A stretch of DNA of 56,902 nucleotides from Pachysolen tannophilus NRRL Y-2460. Its lineage: Eukaryota. Both the position numbers and the translations under genes were made by a program. The stretch is from NCBI GenBank assembly GCA_001661245.1, contig KV454011.1:2223271-2280172 (forward strand). Direction: 5' to 3'. Below, piece after piece: positions 44,408 through 55,900 of this stretch (position 1 is its first letter; the number at the start of each line of letters is the position of its first letter). The notes under the pieces are model-generated. The model made no database searches. It saw nothing but the letters and a program-made list of their open reading frames with translations, and was not told the origin of the DNA.

Positions 44408-44829
44408 GTATAAACTAGGCTTTCTTTCAGGCTCCAGGTTTTTTTTTACTTTTTTTTATTTTATTTTATTTGGAGGGTTGGTAGTTACCTCTATCTTTAT
44501 GGATATTAATCGAATTTATAATGACAACTTGCTTTTTTATATATAGTTTCTTCAGTTGAAGGATGAATGGAAAATGAAATGAAATGAAAAGAAAGTGAGG
44601 ATGTTACGTTTAAGATGTTTGTTCTTTTTACTTTGTAGTTGTTTGTTTTAATTCTGTGTGTAAAGAAACGAGGAGAATTTAATTTGCTTATTAATGAACC
44701 CTGATTAACCACAATTAGTAGGTGAGAGCAAGTTTATATATAAAGGTATTTAAAAGGCAAATATGTATTTAGAAAGAATTGATTTGTCAATATAATTATC
44801 ATTTATTTTAATCATCTGTAGAGTTTAAC

Positions 44830-46731
44830 ATGATGATTTTATCAAATAGTATTAAGAATTTTAAGATGTCAAAGATTAAATGTTTAAATTACTCGAGGTC
44901 AATTGTTTACAGATCTTTTGCTACATCAAAAATGAATAATACTAAAACGCTAATGTCAGCGGTTAAAACTCAATCATTCACTTCATTCTTTGAACCAGAT
45001 CCAGAGACTCCATCACCAAAGAAGGTTATTGAAATTGCAAAAGATGAATCTAAAAGGGAATTTTTACATAAACCGAGATTGTTGGAATCAGGTAGTTTTA
45101 GTTATTGTATTCCTGAAAAAAGAAATAAATACAAATTTTTGTTGGCTAGTGAAAACGCATTGAGAGATCTAGGTTTATCATTGGATGAACAAGATAATCC
45201 TGAATTCCAAAAAATTGTTAGTGGTGAAGAATATTTGGAAAATCCTTTACCGTACAGTCAATGTTACGCAGGTTGGCAATTTGGATTATTTGCTGGTCAA
45301 TTGGGTGATGGAAGGGTTTTAAATTTATTTGAAATTACAAATGATGAAACAAAGAAAAGATATGAATTACAATTAAAAGGTTCAGGTAAGACACCTTTTT
45401 CTAGATTTGCTGATGGGAAAGCAGTTTTAAGATCTAGTATAAGGGAGTTTATTATTTCCGAAGCTTTAAACGCCATTGGAATTCCAACAACAAGAGCTGT
45501 TTCGTTGAGTTTATTACCAAATACAAAAGCTCAAAGAACTTCTGCAGAGCAATGTGCAATTGTTTGTAGACTGGCTGAAACTTGGGTTAGGTTAGGAACT
45601 TTTGATTTATATCGCTGGAGAGGGGATAGAGATGGAATTCAAAAATTATCCAACTATGTAATAGATGAGGTTCTTGGAGGAGAAAAGAATCTTCCAAATT
45701 TTAAAAATGTACCAAAGGAAATTGGTGATTTTACCAAATATGATAGGATGTTTATGGAAATTGTTAGGCTTAATGCTCTTACAGTGGCTAGTTGGCAGAC
45801 TTACGGATTTTTAAATGGTGTCTTAAACACAGATAATACTTCGGTTAAGGGTCTTTCAATGGATTTTGGACCATTTGCCATTATGGATAAATTTGATCCT
45901 AATTATACTCCAAATAGTGAGGACCATAACCTTCGTTACAGTTTCCGTGGAACACCTACTGCCATTTGGTGGAATTTAACAAAATTATGTGAAAACATTA
46001 TTGAATTAATTGGTGCTGGTGGAAAATATATAAATCATGATGATTTCAAAAATGGTAATATTGATAAAGATATGGAAAAGGATATTATTGAAAGAGCAAA
46101 GAAATTGTATGATTTTGCTTCTGATTTTTACTATGATATTTTTTCAAAAGAATATTATAAATTAATCTCAAAGAGATTAGGTTTAACCGAATATTTAGAT
46201 ACAGATCTTGATGAAATCTTAACACCAATGTTGGAAATGTTACAAAAGACAAAATTAGATTATAATAATTTTTTTGTAACTTTACAAAATTGGAAATTTA
46301 AAATTGAAGATCAAGATTTTGATTTTGATCAAGTTACATCCAAATTTATTCCTGAAAATTATGAAGAATTGACTTCCAATACTGTGGATAGAAATGAGGC
46401 TCTGGAAAAATTAAAAGATTGGTTACTGAGTTATAGAGCAAGATTACTGTCTGCCAATATTTCTGATACTCAAAGGTTGGAAATATCTTCAACTGTTAAT
46501 CCATTATTTTTCCCAAAAAATTGGATCTTGGATGATGTTATCCAGTATACACAAGAACATCAAAGTGAAGAAGGAGATGTTGATACCAAGTACTTGAAGA
46601 AACTTCTTTTAATGGTTTCTAATCCATATGATTCTTCGAAATGGGGTGATTTTGGAAAAGATTTGGAAAAAAAATGGTTAAACCAGGTTAATGATGAGAT
46701 GACTATGACTACTTGTAGTTGTTCTAGTTGA
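44830..46731 (+). CDS. FMP40: Mitochondrial SelO-family protein AMPylase
   Basis: YAGWQFGLFAGQLGDGR, ELQLKGSGKTPFSRFADGKAVLRSSIRE, GVLNTDN, DFGPF and C-terminal CSCSS. Confidence 0.93.
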   Translation: MMILSNSIKNFKMSKIKCLNYSRSIVYRSFATSKMNNTKTLMSAVKTQSFTSFFEPDPETPSPKKVIEIAKDESKREFLHKPRLLESGSFSYCIPEKRNKYKFLLASENALRDLGLSLDEQDNPEFQKIVSGEEYLENPLPYSQCYAGWQFGLFAGQLGDGRVLNLFEITNDETKKRYELQLKGSGKTPFSRFADGKAVLRSSIREFIISEALNAIGIPTTRAVSLSLLPNTKAQRTSAEQCAIVCRLAETWVRLGTFDLYRWRGDRDGIQKLSNYVIDEVLGGEKNLPNFKNVPKEIGDFTKYDRMFMEIVRLNALTVASWQTYGFLNGVLNTDNTSVKGLSMDFGPFAIMDKFDPNYTPNSEDHNLRYSFRGTPTAIWWNLTKLCENIIELIGAGGKYINHDDFKNGNIDKDMEKDIIERAKKLYDFASDFYYDIFSKEYYKLISKRLGLTEYLDTDLDEILTPMLEMLQKTKLDYNNFFVTLQNWKFKIEDQDFDFDQVTSKFIPENYEELTSNTVDRNEALEKLKDWLLSYRARLLSANISDTQRLEISSTVNPLFFPKNWILDDVIQYTQEHQSEEGDVDTKYLKKLLLMVSNPYDSSKWGDFGKDLEKKWLNQVNDEMTMTTCSCSS

Positions 46732-47030
46732 GTTGAGAAAGTATTTACATTTAAGTTTAATTTGTAAATTGTCGTTCGCTTTTTATTTTATATTCCGAGA
46801 ATTATTATTAGTTTATATTCCTGTATATTATTGATATGATGGGAAAAGCATATTTATATTAATTCTAATAAATTGCTTTTCATTAAATACGAAAATTAAA
46901 ATATTTAATACATTAAAAAAATGGCATGAGAACAAAAGTAAAGTCAACAAAGGAAACCAAAACTATTAAAACTATTAAATAAATATAAGAAGAATAGTTA
47001 ACAAATAAAGAAATAAAATAAAATAGAAAC

Positions 47031-47392
47031 AAAAAAAAAAAAAAAAAAAAAAAAATTTATATCTACTAAAATGATTAAAAAAAAAAAAAAAAATAGACTT
47101 ATATATATGTATAATAGATATCAATAGGTTCTTGTAATATTTTGATTGAAAGAAAAAAAAAAAAAGTTTAATTACAAATCAAACTCCATTTCAATGTCAC
47201 CATCATCGGCAATTGCTTGTTCATTACTGCTATCACGACCGGCATGAGCAGTACTACTACTATCATCAATTTGACCAAGGCCGCCGTTGTCACCTGTGGA
47301 GACACCTCCTGGATGTTGCATAACCTGTTCATCATCATCATCTTCAAAATCGACTTCAAAGAAATCTTCATCATCACCCACGATTTTTTCAT
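47031..47392. repeat. Direct duplicate of 47585-47953 (3' end of MRS6 and its terminator) flanking the gap; probably an unmerged contig overlap
   Basis: Sequences match apart from homopolymer lengths; the copy ends abruptly at the N run. Confidence 0.85.
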
Positions 47393-47584
47393 NNNNNNNN
47401 NNNNNNNNNNNNNNNNNNNNNNNNNNNNNNNNNNNNNNNNNNNNNNNNNNNNNNNNNNNNNNNNNNNNNNNNNNNNNNNNNNNNNNNNNNNNNNNNNNNN
47501 NNNNNNNNNNNNNNNNNNNNNNNNNNNNNNNNNNNNNNNNNNNNNNNNNNNNNNNNNNNNNNNNNNNNNNNNNNNNNNNNNNNN
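47393..47584. other. Scaffold gap (192 N)
   Basis: Run of N. Confidence 0.99.
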
Positions 47585-47622
<38 letters not shown>

Positions 47623-47732
47623 ATATCTACTAAAATGATTAAAAAAAAAAAAAAAATAGACTTATATATATGTATAATAGATATCAATAGGTTCTTGTAA
47701 TATTTTGATTGAAAGAAAAAAAAAAAGTTTAA

Positions 47733-49691
47733 TTACAAATCAAACTCCATTTCAATGTCACCATCATCGGCAATTGCTTGTTCATTACTGCTATCACGAC
47801 CGGCATGAGCAGTACTACTACTATCATCAATTTGACCAAGGCCGCCGTTGTCACCTGTGGAGACACCTCCTGGATGTTGCATAACCTGTTCATCATCATC
47901 ATCTTCAAAATCGACTTCAAAGAAATCTTCATCATCACCCACGATTTTTTCATATAATAATTTTGCTTCAGTTACTATACCATCATATGATATTTCTGAA
48001 GATGGCATATTTGAATAAACAACACCATGATCTGGAGCTGCTAATGTGGAATTGATATCTTCTTCTTTTTTATTATGATCAAACAATTTAGGTCTAACTA
48101 TTCCAAATGGAGGGATTGCAGAATGTTGTGTAAAGAGTAATTTAAATAAACATTGTATATTTTGTTTTGGAATAAAATCTTTAAAAGATTTACCCAATTT
48201 AACAGAATTTATAACTGGAAGACCATCTGATCTAATGAAAACATCTTGTTCATCCAATGATACATCAAATCCATCTTCTTCACTTTCTCTTAATAAACTT
48301 TCTTCTAATTTATTTAATGCTGTTTCCAAATCTTTTCTTGCTCTATTTCCAGTTTCAATAGTTGATAAATACCATACACTTTGTCCAACTGGACATATTC
48401 CTGATCCACCTGATTGTATAAGTATTTGAACTGGATATTTATTTGCTGTTGGTAAAGAATTAGTTGGGAAAACAATTATACATCCACTTTCATTTTCTGT
48501 CATCCATTCTTTACAAGATTTTTTAACAATTGCAATAAGTCTTGTTATTTGATGTGGTTGATCTGGAACAAATTTTGCATTTTCTGGTGCTTGAGATGGG
48601 GAACAAATGATTTTTTCAGTAACATGAACTTTTGAACCATCTGTGAAAATAGCTATTTTAGAATTTGGGTCATAAGATACTAAACCAGTATCTAATTTAT
48701 AAGTTGCACCAGCTACAGCTGCTGATCTACAAAAACCTTGAGAAATTTCACCTGGTCCGCCATATTTTGAAAACATTACTGGGAAAGAACCATAAACTTC
48801 AAATGAAGACAAATATCTTTTAACTCTTGATAATCCTGCTGGAGTTAAAATATCTGGTGTTGAAGTTAAACCAATTGAATAAACTAATTCATTTACTTGT
48901 GGTTTCAGTAAATTAAATTTTTCTTGTATAAATTGAATAAAAGGTTTTTTTGAATAATTTATCCATTGATCTTTTTGATTTTCATAATCAAATACAAATT
49001 TCATAAATTTCATTAAATATCTTTTTGTTGTTAAACTTAAAGTTTGATCAGTGAAAATATCTTCTTTTGTACTTGCTAATTTTTCAAAAGAATCATTTTC
49101 ATAAGTATGATAAGTACTTAAAGGTTGAAATTCCAAATATTTATAAACTCTTGATTTAATTAATAAAGATAATAAATCTGATTTAGCAAATAAAATTCTT
49201 GGAGTTAAATCAATTCCATAATCTTTTGAATTTAAATCTTGTGGTCTTGGAATATATAATAATGCATCACTAAAACCTTTAAACCCATTATTATGTTGAT
49301 TAACATTATCAACCCACAGTTTAATTTGATCGATGGTTAATGTAGAACAAGTATCACCATAATAAGGATGAGAATCTATATGTAAAACAGATGAACCTTG
49401 CCACAGTAATGCTGCAGCTAATACACTTTCAACTAAACCTGTCCCACATATAACAACATCACATTTTTCTGGAGTTCCTTCCATCAGCGGTTCTTCTAAT
49501 CCAGCTAATGAAGGAATCACACCGCCTTGAACTTGATTTTGATTTTGATTTTGTGCTTGTGCTTGTGCTTGAGCTTGAACTTGAGCTCTAGCTTGAGCTT
49601 GAGCTTGTGCTTGAACAACAGATAACCTTCTTTCAACCACAGATGGTCGGCGCTCTGCAAGATACCGATGCTCAGTAACAGAACTCATCAT
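47733..49691 (-). CDS. MRS6: Rab escort protein (Rab geranylgeranyltransferase component A)
   Basis: ERRPS, DVVICGTGLVESVLAAAL-WQGSSVLHID, DYGIDLTP, YGGPGEISQGFCRSAAVAGATYKL, PSSEISYDG. Confidence 0.95.
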   Translation of the reverse strand: MMSSVTEHRYLAERRPSVVERRLSVVQAQAQAQARAQVQAQAQAQAQNQNQNQVQGGVIPSLAGLEEPLMEGTPEKCDVVICGTGLVESVLAAALLWQGSSVLHIDSHPYYGDTCSTLTIDQIKLWVDNVNQHNNGFKGFSDALLYIPRPQDLNSKDYGIDLTPRILFAKSDLLSLLIKSRVYKYLEFQPLSTYHTYENDSFEKLASTKEDIFTDQTLSLTTKRYLMKFMKFVFDYENQKDQWINYSKKPFIQFIQEKFNLLKPQVNELVYSIGLTSTPDILTPAGLSRVKRYLSSFEVYGSFPVMFSKYGGPGEISQGFCRSAAVAGATYKLDTGLVSYDPNSKIAIFTDGSKVHVTEKIICSPSQAPENAKFVPDQPHQITRLIAIVKKSCKEWMTENESGCIIVFPTNSLPTANKYPVQILIQSGGSGICPVGQSVWYLSTIETGNRARKDLETALNKLEESLLRESEEDGFDVSLDEQDVFIRSDGLPVINSVKLGKSFKDFIPKQNIQCLFKLLFTQHSAIPPFGIVRPKLFDHNKKEEDINSTLAAPDHGVVYSNMPSSEISYDGIVTEAKLLYEKIVGDDEDFFEVDFEDDDDEQVMQHPGGVSTGDNGGLGQIDDSSSTAHAGRDSSNEQAIADDGDIEMEFDL

Positions 49692-49834
49692 AAACTATAT
49701 AAAAATCGTAACCGCCTTTAAAAATTAAAAGAAAACTTTCTCTATTACTATTATTTATACTATGTTCTTTGTTTTTTTTTTTAAATTTTTGATTGACGAT
49801 ATCAATACCCAATGTACATATAATATACAATAAT

Positions 49835-50006
49835 AAATATATATATAATATATATTATATATATATATAAATATATATATACTATTATATTATATTATAT
49901 TATATTATATTATATTATACAATATATTAATCTATATTATATTATATTATACTATTATATTTATTTAATAATTTTTATATTTATTATGTATAAATAGTAT
50001 ATATTA
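49835..50006. repeat. AT-rich microsatellite block, (TA)n and (ATATT)n
   Basis: Almost pure A/T with TA and TATAT repeats. Confidence 0.85.
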
Positions 50007-50222
50007 TGTGTTAGTAATTCTACCATTACAGGTGGTGACTGACCCTTTTCTATTTAATTAGAAAAAATTTTTTTTTTACGTCTTCGAACTCTCGACGAAG
50101 ATTCGGTCGGACAGGAGACAGAACAGCCCCAAAAATCCGACACTTTTTATAAAAAGAAACAGTAAAAAAAACGGCCAGCGTTAATAATACAAAGAAAGAG
50201 AAATAGAAAAAGAAAAAGACAG

Positions 50223-50287
50223 AGGCTAGGGCTAGGGCTAGGGCTAAGGCTAAGGCTAGGGCTGAGGATAAGGATAAGGATAAGCTA
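50223..50287. repeat. Degenerate hexamer array TAGGGC/TAAGGC/TAAGGA
   Basis: About 11 units, drifting from TAGGGC to TAAGGA. Confidence 0.85.
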
Positions 50288-50929
50288 TGGCCAAGCACAA
50301 GTATGAGTAATAAGTGCAAGCCCCAGTTAATTGTTTTTTTAATTTTTTTTTTTTTTTTTTTGAGGGTAAGAAGACTAAAGGTAAGGATGAGAATAAGGGC
50401 GGTAGGGTTGGTGGAGTTGATAGAGTAAAAGCGTGGGTTGAGTAGTTTTTTTGGCGTTTTATATGCGGAGACGCGTGGATTGGGGGCTATTCCGAAAAGA
50501 AATAAAAAAATTTTTTTTTTTTAATTTAATTTAATTTTTTTTTTTAATGATTAATATCCCGCACAGCCCGGGAATATATTTGACTTACCAAATTGGGAAA
50601 TTATTGAAAAAAAAAACCAATTCACTTCAAGGGCGGTATTAAGGTATTGTTTTCTTGGTTTGGTTTAGGGCTGTTTGTTTTACTCTCTTTGTTTTTCGAT
50701 CATAAAAATTACAAAGTCGTGTAAAAACGTTTAAAAACTTTTTTTTTTTTTCGGTTTTTTTTTTTTTTTTGTTGTTTTTTTCACCTCGTTGTCCAAAACA
50801 AGTCAAAGGTTAATCCATACATACATACATATTAGATTGATCTATAATAACAGTGAGTATATTCAATATATATATATTCTATAAGAAAAGAGACCAAAAA
50901 AAAATAAAAATATTCACAGTTTAGAGACC

Positions 50930-52457
50930 ATGAGTTGTAAGTTTAAAGAATTAATTTATTTTTATTTTTTTATTTTAAATTTTAATTTTTTTCTATTTGT
51001 TATATACTAACAATTTTTATTGAATAGTTCGTGCGTTGGATCTCGTCAAACCTTTCACGCCATACCTTCCTGAGGTTATAGCTCCAGAAAGGAAAGTTCC
51101 CTTTAACCAAAGATTGATGTGGACGGGAATCACTTTACTTATTTTCTTGGTGATGTCGGAAATACCGCTTTATGGTATTGTTTCTTCTGATTCTTCAGAT
51201 CCTTTATTTTGGCTTCGTATGATGTTAGCTTCAAATAGAGGTACATTAATGGAATTAGGTATTTCTCCAATTGTTACTTCAGGAATGGTTTTCCAATTAT
51301 TACAAGGTACACAGTTGATTGAAGTTAATATGGATTCAAAACAAGATCGTGAACAATTTCAAATTGCTCAAAAAATTTTTGCTATAATTTTAAGTTTTGG
51401 TCAATCAACTGTTTATGTATTAACTGGAATGTATGGACCTCCATCAGAATTAGGTACAGGTGTATGTCTCTTGTTGATCTTACAATTGGTATTTGCTGCA
51501 ATGATTGTTATCTTATTGGATGAATTATTACAAAAAGGTTATGGTTTAGGTTCTGGTATTTCACTTTTCACTGCTACTACTGTTTGTGAACAAGTTTTTT
51601 GGAAAGCTTTTGCTCCAACAACAGTTAATAGTGGAAGAGGTGATGAATTTGAAGGTGCTATAGTTTCATTCATTCATTTATTATTTACGAAAAAAGACAA
51701 GAGAAGAGCTTTATTACAAGCTTTTTATAGAAATAATTTACCAAATATGTTTCAAGTTTTGACAACTTTTATTGTATTCTTTGCTGTTGTTTATTTACAA
51801 GGTTTTAAAGTTGAAATCCCAGTTAAATCAACAAGACAAAGAGGTCCATATGGTACTTATCCAATAAGACTTTTCTATACAAGTAATGTTCCAATTATGT
51901 TACAAAGTGCTTTAACTTCAAATATTTTCATAATTTCTCAAATGTTATTTACAAGATTCCCAACGAATCCATTAGTAAAACTCTTGGGAACTTGGGATGC
52001 TAGAGCTGGATCTGCTCAACTTTATGCATCAGGTGGATTAGCTTATTATATGCAACCTCCTTTTAATTTAACCGAAGCTTTATTAGATCCAATTAAAACA
52101 GCAATTTATGTCATTTTTGTCTTGGGTATATGTGCAGTTTTTTCAAAAACATGGATTGAAATTTCAGGATCTTCACCAAGAGATGTTGCAAAACAATTTA
52201 AAGATCAAGGATTGGTTATAGCTGGTCATAGAGAAACTTCTGTTTATAAAGAATTGAAAAAAATTATCCCAACAGCTGCTGCATTTGGTGGTGCAACAAT
52301 CGGTGCCTTATCTGTTATTAGCGACTTGTCAGGATGTCTTACCTCGGGAACATCAATTTTATTGGCCGTTACCACTATTTACGGTTACTACGAACTCGCT
52401 ATGAAAGAAGGTGGATTTAGTAAAAACATCAATACTGGATTTGTTGATCTAATGTAA
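50930..52457 (+). CDS. SEC61: Translocon alpha subunit; exons 50930-50936 and 51028-52457
   Basis: Spliced [70 protein letters not shown]. Confidence 0.97.
50937..51027 (+). other. Spliceosomal intron of SEC61
   Basis: GTAAGT donor, TACTAAC at 51005, TAG acceptor. Confidence 0.93.
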
Positions 52458-52977
52458 AAATAGTGTATACTAAAATACAGTAAAGGAAAGAAGAAAGGAC
52501 AAAGGAGAAATATAAGAAAGAAGAAGCAGAATATACATCATATAAAAAGGGAGCATTAGATTGCTACAACAATTTATCAACTTAACTAGTGTTGACAATT
52601 TTGATTTTAATCATATAAATATTTTTTTTTTTTTTTTTTTTTGTTTTATTGATTTTTCAGCAAAAATGAGTTTTTATCCAATTTCAATCTAAGTTGTAAT
52701 AGCCAAGAACATCACAATGGATATATATATATTTATATATATATAGCGTTGGAAATTTTGTTATCGTAATCAATTAAATGAACAAAGTGAAACTTTTATC
52801 TCTTTACCTTTATTTCCTCTTTAGGAAGGACTATCCGTAAGATCTTATAAAATAATCAGCTGAAAGGAAAAGCTTTAGTTTAATATTTAAAGATATCATC
52901 TAATATATTGATTGCTTCATCTATTAAGAAAGGAAGCCATCAGGCAATCAGGCAAACAGGCAAGCAGTATATTATTA

Positions 52978-55900
52978 ATGATGGCTACGTTGACTTTACC
53001 GATTTTACAATTAAACTCTAGGTTGGTATTTATGCCGGGGGTTATTTATAAAACATCATATTCTTATGATCAAGCGAAATTGATTTTGAATAGATTTTCT
53101 AATTTTAGTTCTGACAAGAATTTATTGAAATTTTTAGATTCAAAATCGTCTAAAAGTAATGATGATGATGTTATTGATGTTGAGTTAAGTAAAGATGCAG
53201 TCAAGGGAATTATCCAATTTAATAAGTTTTTTGCAACAGCTGATAGTGACAGTACTGAAGGACAGGATTGGTTAATTATAGGTTGTTTGCCTACTTACGA
53301 CAATAAAGACTACAATGATAAAGTAGCCACCATATGCCGTATTTCTAAAGTTTATGATAATGATTCTGAGGTTATGATTTATTTTCAGGCAATGACTAGA
53401 GGAAAATTAGTTGATACAAATAGTATTAATGAATCATTGATGGAAATTGAAATTGATTTACAAATTGATAACTCTTTTTTAAAACAATTTCAAAAAAATG
53501 GCGGTGATTATTTTTTGAAAGTTTTAAATTTCTTACAAGATATTAATCGCTTTATGGATGAATTTACTTTTGCTTTAAAGATTCAAACTAATAAAAAATT
53601 ATCCAATTCATTGGATCACAATGAAAAATTGAAATACGCTTTTTTAACATTATCACCTTTAGCTAATGTCTTGCATTCTCAATTGTCCAAAAATGAGATG
53701 TTGAATGGATTCCAGAAATTGGAAAAATTATTCAAAAATTTAAATCAACAGTACACAAATGGAACTATGGATTCTCAAGCCACATCTAAGAATTTACTCA
53801 AATTAGCTGATTTATTATTTGCTTTATTTCCATTCACTTTATACCAAAAGACTGGGTTCTTATTTGCGTTTAATAACTTGGAGAAAAGATTAAAAATTTT
53901 CATTTATTCAATTGAATTTGGTATTAGGTTATTTGAAGAATGCCTTAATGTTGAGTTTATATTAGAAAATTGGGATATACTAAAAGCTGAAAATGTTCCT
54001 TCATCTTTGTATGATAAATCTACAAGCAGCAGTTTCAGAAGCAAGTTAATTTCCAACCATTTGAAGAGTTTAAAAATATTAGTTGATGATATTGGCTCAA
54101 AATCCTCACAGGTTTCCAATGGCCAAAAAATTAACACAAGTAATTCAGTTCCTGCTAGAGGATTGCCATTGACTCGTAATAATAACAATACAGATGATAA
54201 TGAAGATACAGATAACGATTTTGCAGGCTTGACAAAATTTATTCAAGAAATCGGTGATTACAAGATTCCGGAAGATGCTGTTAAATTGATTCGTAAAGAT
54301 TTCAACAGATTAAAAAGAATGTCACCAAACCATTCAGAGTATCATTTATTACATTCTTATCTAGAGATTGTGCAAGATATACCTTGGGAATTGAAAGTTG
54401 CAAATCGTGAGAACAGTAATTTCATTGACTTGAGAATTGCTAAGGAACAATTGGATAAAGACCATTATGGATTACAAAACGCTAAAGATAGAATATTACA
54501 ATATTTAGCAGTATTAAACTTGCATGAAATGATAAATAAAAGAAATGTCAAGAATAATGAAGGACTTCCAAGAGAAAATGACAAAATCGAACCAATAGTC
54601 ATTGAAAATTTTAAAAGAACTTCTTTTGGTAAAGCACAACCGCACAGGCAAAGAGAGGAAAAACCAAAACAGAAACTTCAACATCAAACAAAGGCTCCCA
54701 TTCTTTTACTTACAGGTCCACCTGGTGTTGGTAAAACGTCGTTGGCAAAATCTATTGCAACAGCTTTAAATAGAAATTTTCAGCGTATTTCATTAGGTGG
54801 ACTCAAGGATGAATCAGAAATCAAAGGTCATAGAAGAACCTATGTTGGTGCTATGCCAGGTTTAATTGTTCAGGCTTTACGTAAAGCACAAGTGATGAAC
54901 CCTATTATTTTATTAGATGAAATTGACAAAGTTGTAAGTGGTGCTAGAGGTGGAATGAACAGAGTGAATGGAGATCCAGCAGCTGCTTTATTAGAAGTTT
55001 TAGATCCTGAACAGAATGTAAATTTTCAAGATCATTATATTGGATTTCCAATTGATTTATCACAAGTTTTATTTATATGTACTAGCAATGACCATCATTT
55101 GTTGAGTGGTCCTTTAAGGGATAGAATGGAGGTATTGGAGCTTAATGGCTATAATTATTTTGAAAAAATGGAAATTGCTAGAAAATATTTGCTCACTAGA
55201 CAAATTAAAAGAAATGGATTACCACTTGGTTATTCACCAATTCAACTTTCTGATGAAGTACTTTTGAAAATAGCTACGAGTTATACAAGAGAACCTGGTG
55301 TAAGAAATTTAGAGAGACTACTAGGTTCAATTTGTCGTAAAAAAGCCATAGAATATTCTAAATTGTTGAAAGGATCCCAAGATTTGAACAGTATACCTCA
55401 AGGATATAAATGTGTTATAAAAATTGATGATTTACCTAGATATATTGGTATTCCACCTCATTTGACATCTTCTCAAGAACAAGGTATTGCCAACTCATTG
55501 ACTTCAATTAAGTTTGGTATTGTGAATGGCTTAAGTTATAATTCAGATGGAAGTGGTGGTACTTTAATTTTTGAAATGACTGGATTACCTTCATCTAGTT
55601 ACAGTTTACAAATGACAGGTAGATTAGGAAATGTCTTGACAGAAAGTGCTAAAATTGGAAGTTCTTTAATCAGGTCCATATTAAATAAGAATTTATTACA
55701 ATTTAAAAATGGCAAATATGATTGTTTAAAATTATTGGAAAAATTGAATAAAATGGAAATTCATTTACATGTTCCTCTGGGATCAATTTCTAAAGATGGA
55801 CCAAGTGCAGGAATAACAATAACTTTATGTTTATTATCATTATTATTAGAAAAACCTGTTCCTTCTAATATTGCTATGACTGGTGAAATTACACTAAGAG

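Noticed and set aside
43931..44546. Long alternative-frame and antisense ORFs overlapping the Gly/Gln-rich gene
   Set aside because: Expected by-product of repetitive, stop-poor codon usage.
46717..46731. Selenocysteine readthrough at the SelO/FMP40 C-terminus
   Set aside because: The motif is CSCSS followed by the terminal TGA, the Cys form; budding yeasts lack Sec machinery.
47168..47700. ORFs spanning or abutting the N gap, and a second MRS6 fragment as a pseudogene
   Set aside because: Artefacts of the gap and duplicated contig end.
50081..50148. Two 6-bp hairpins followed by T5 as a possible tRNA or Pol III RNA
   Set aside because: No cloverleaf or convincing A/B boxes; stems too short to exceed chance.
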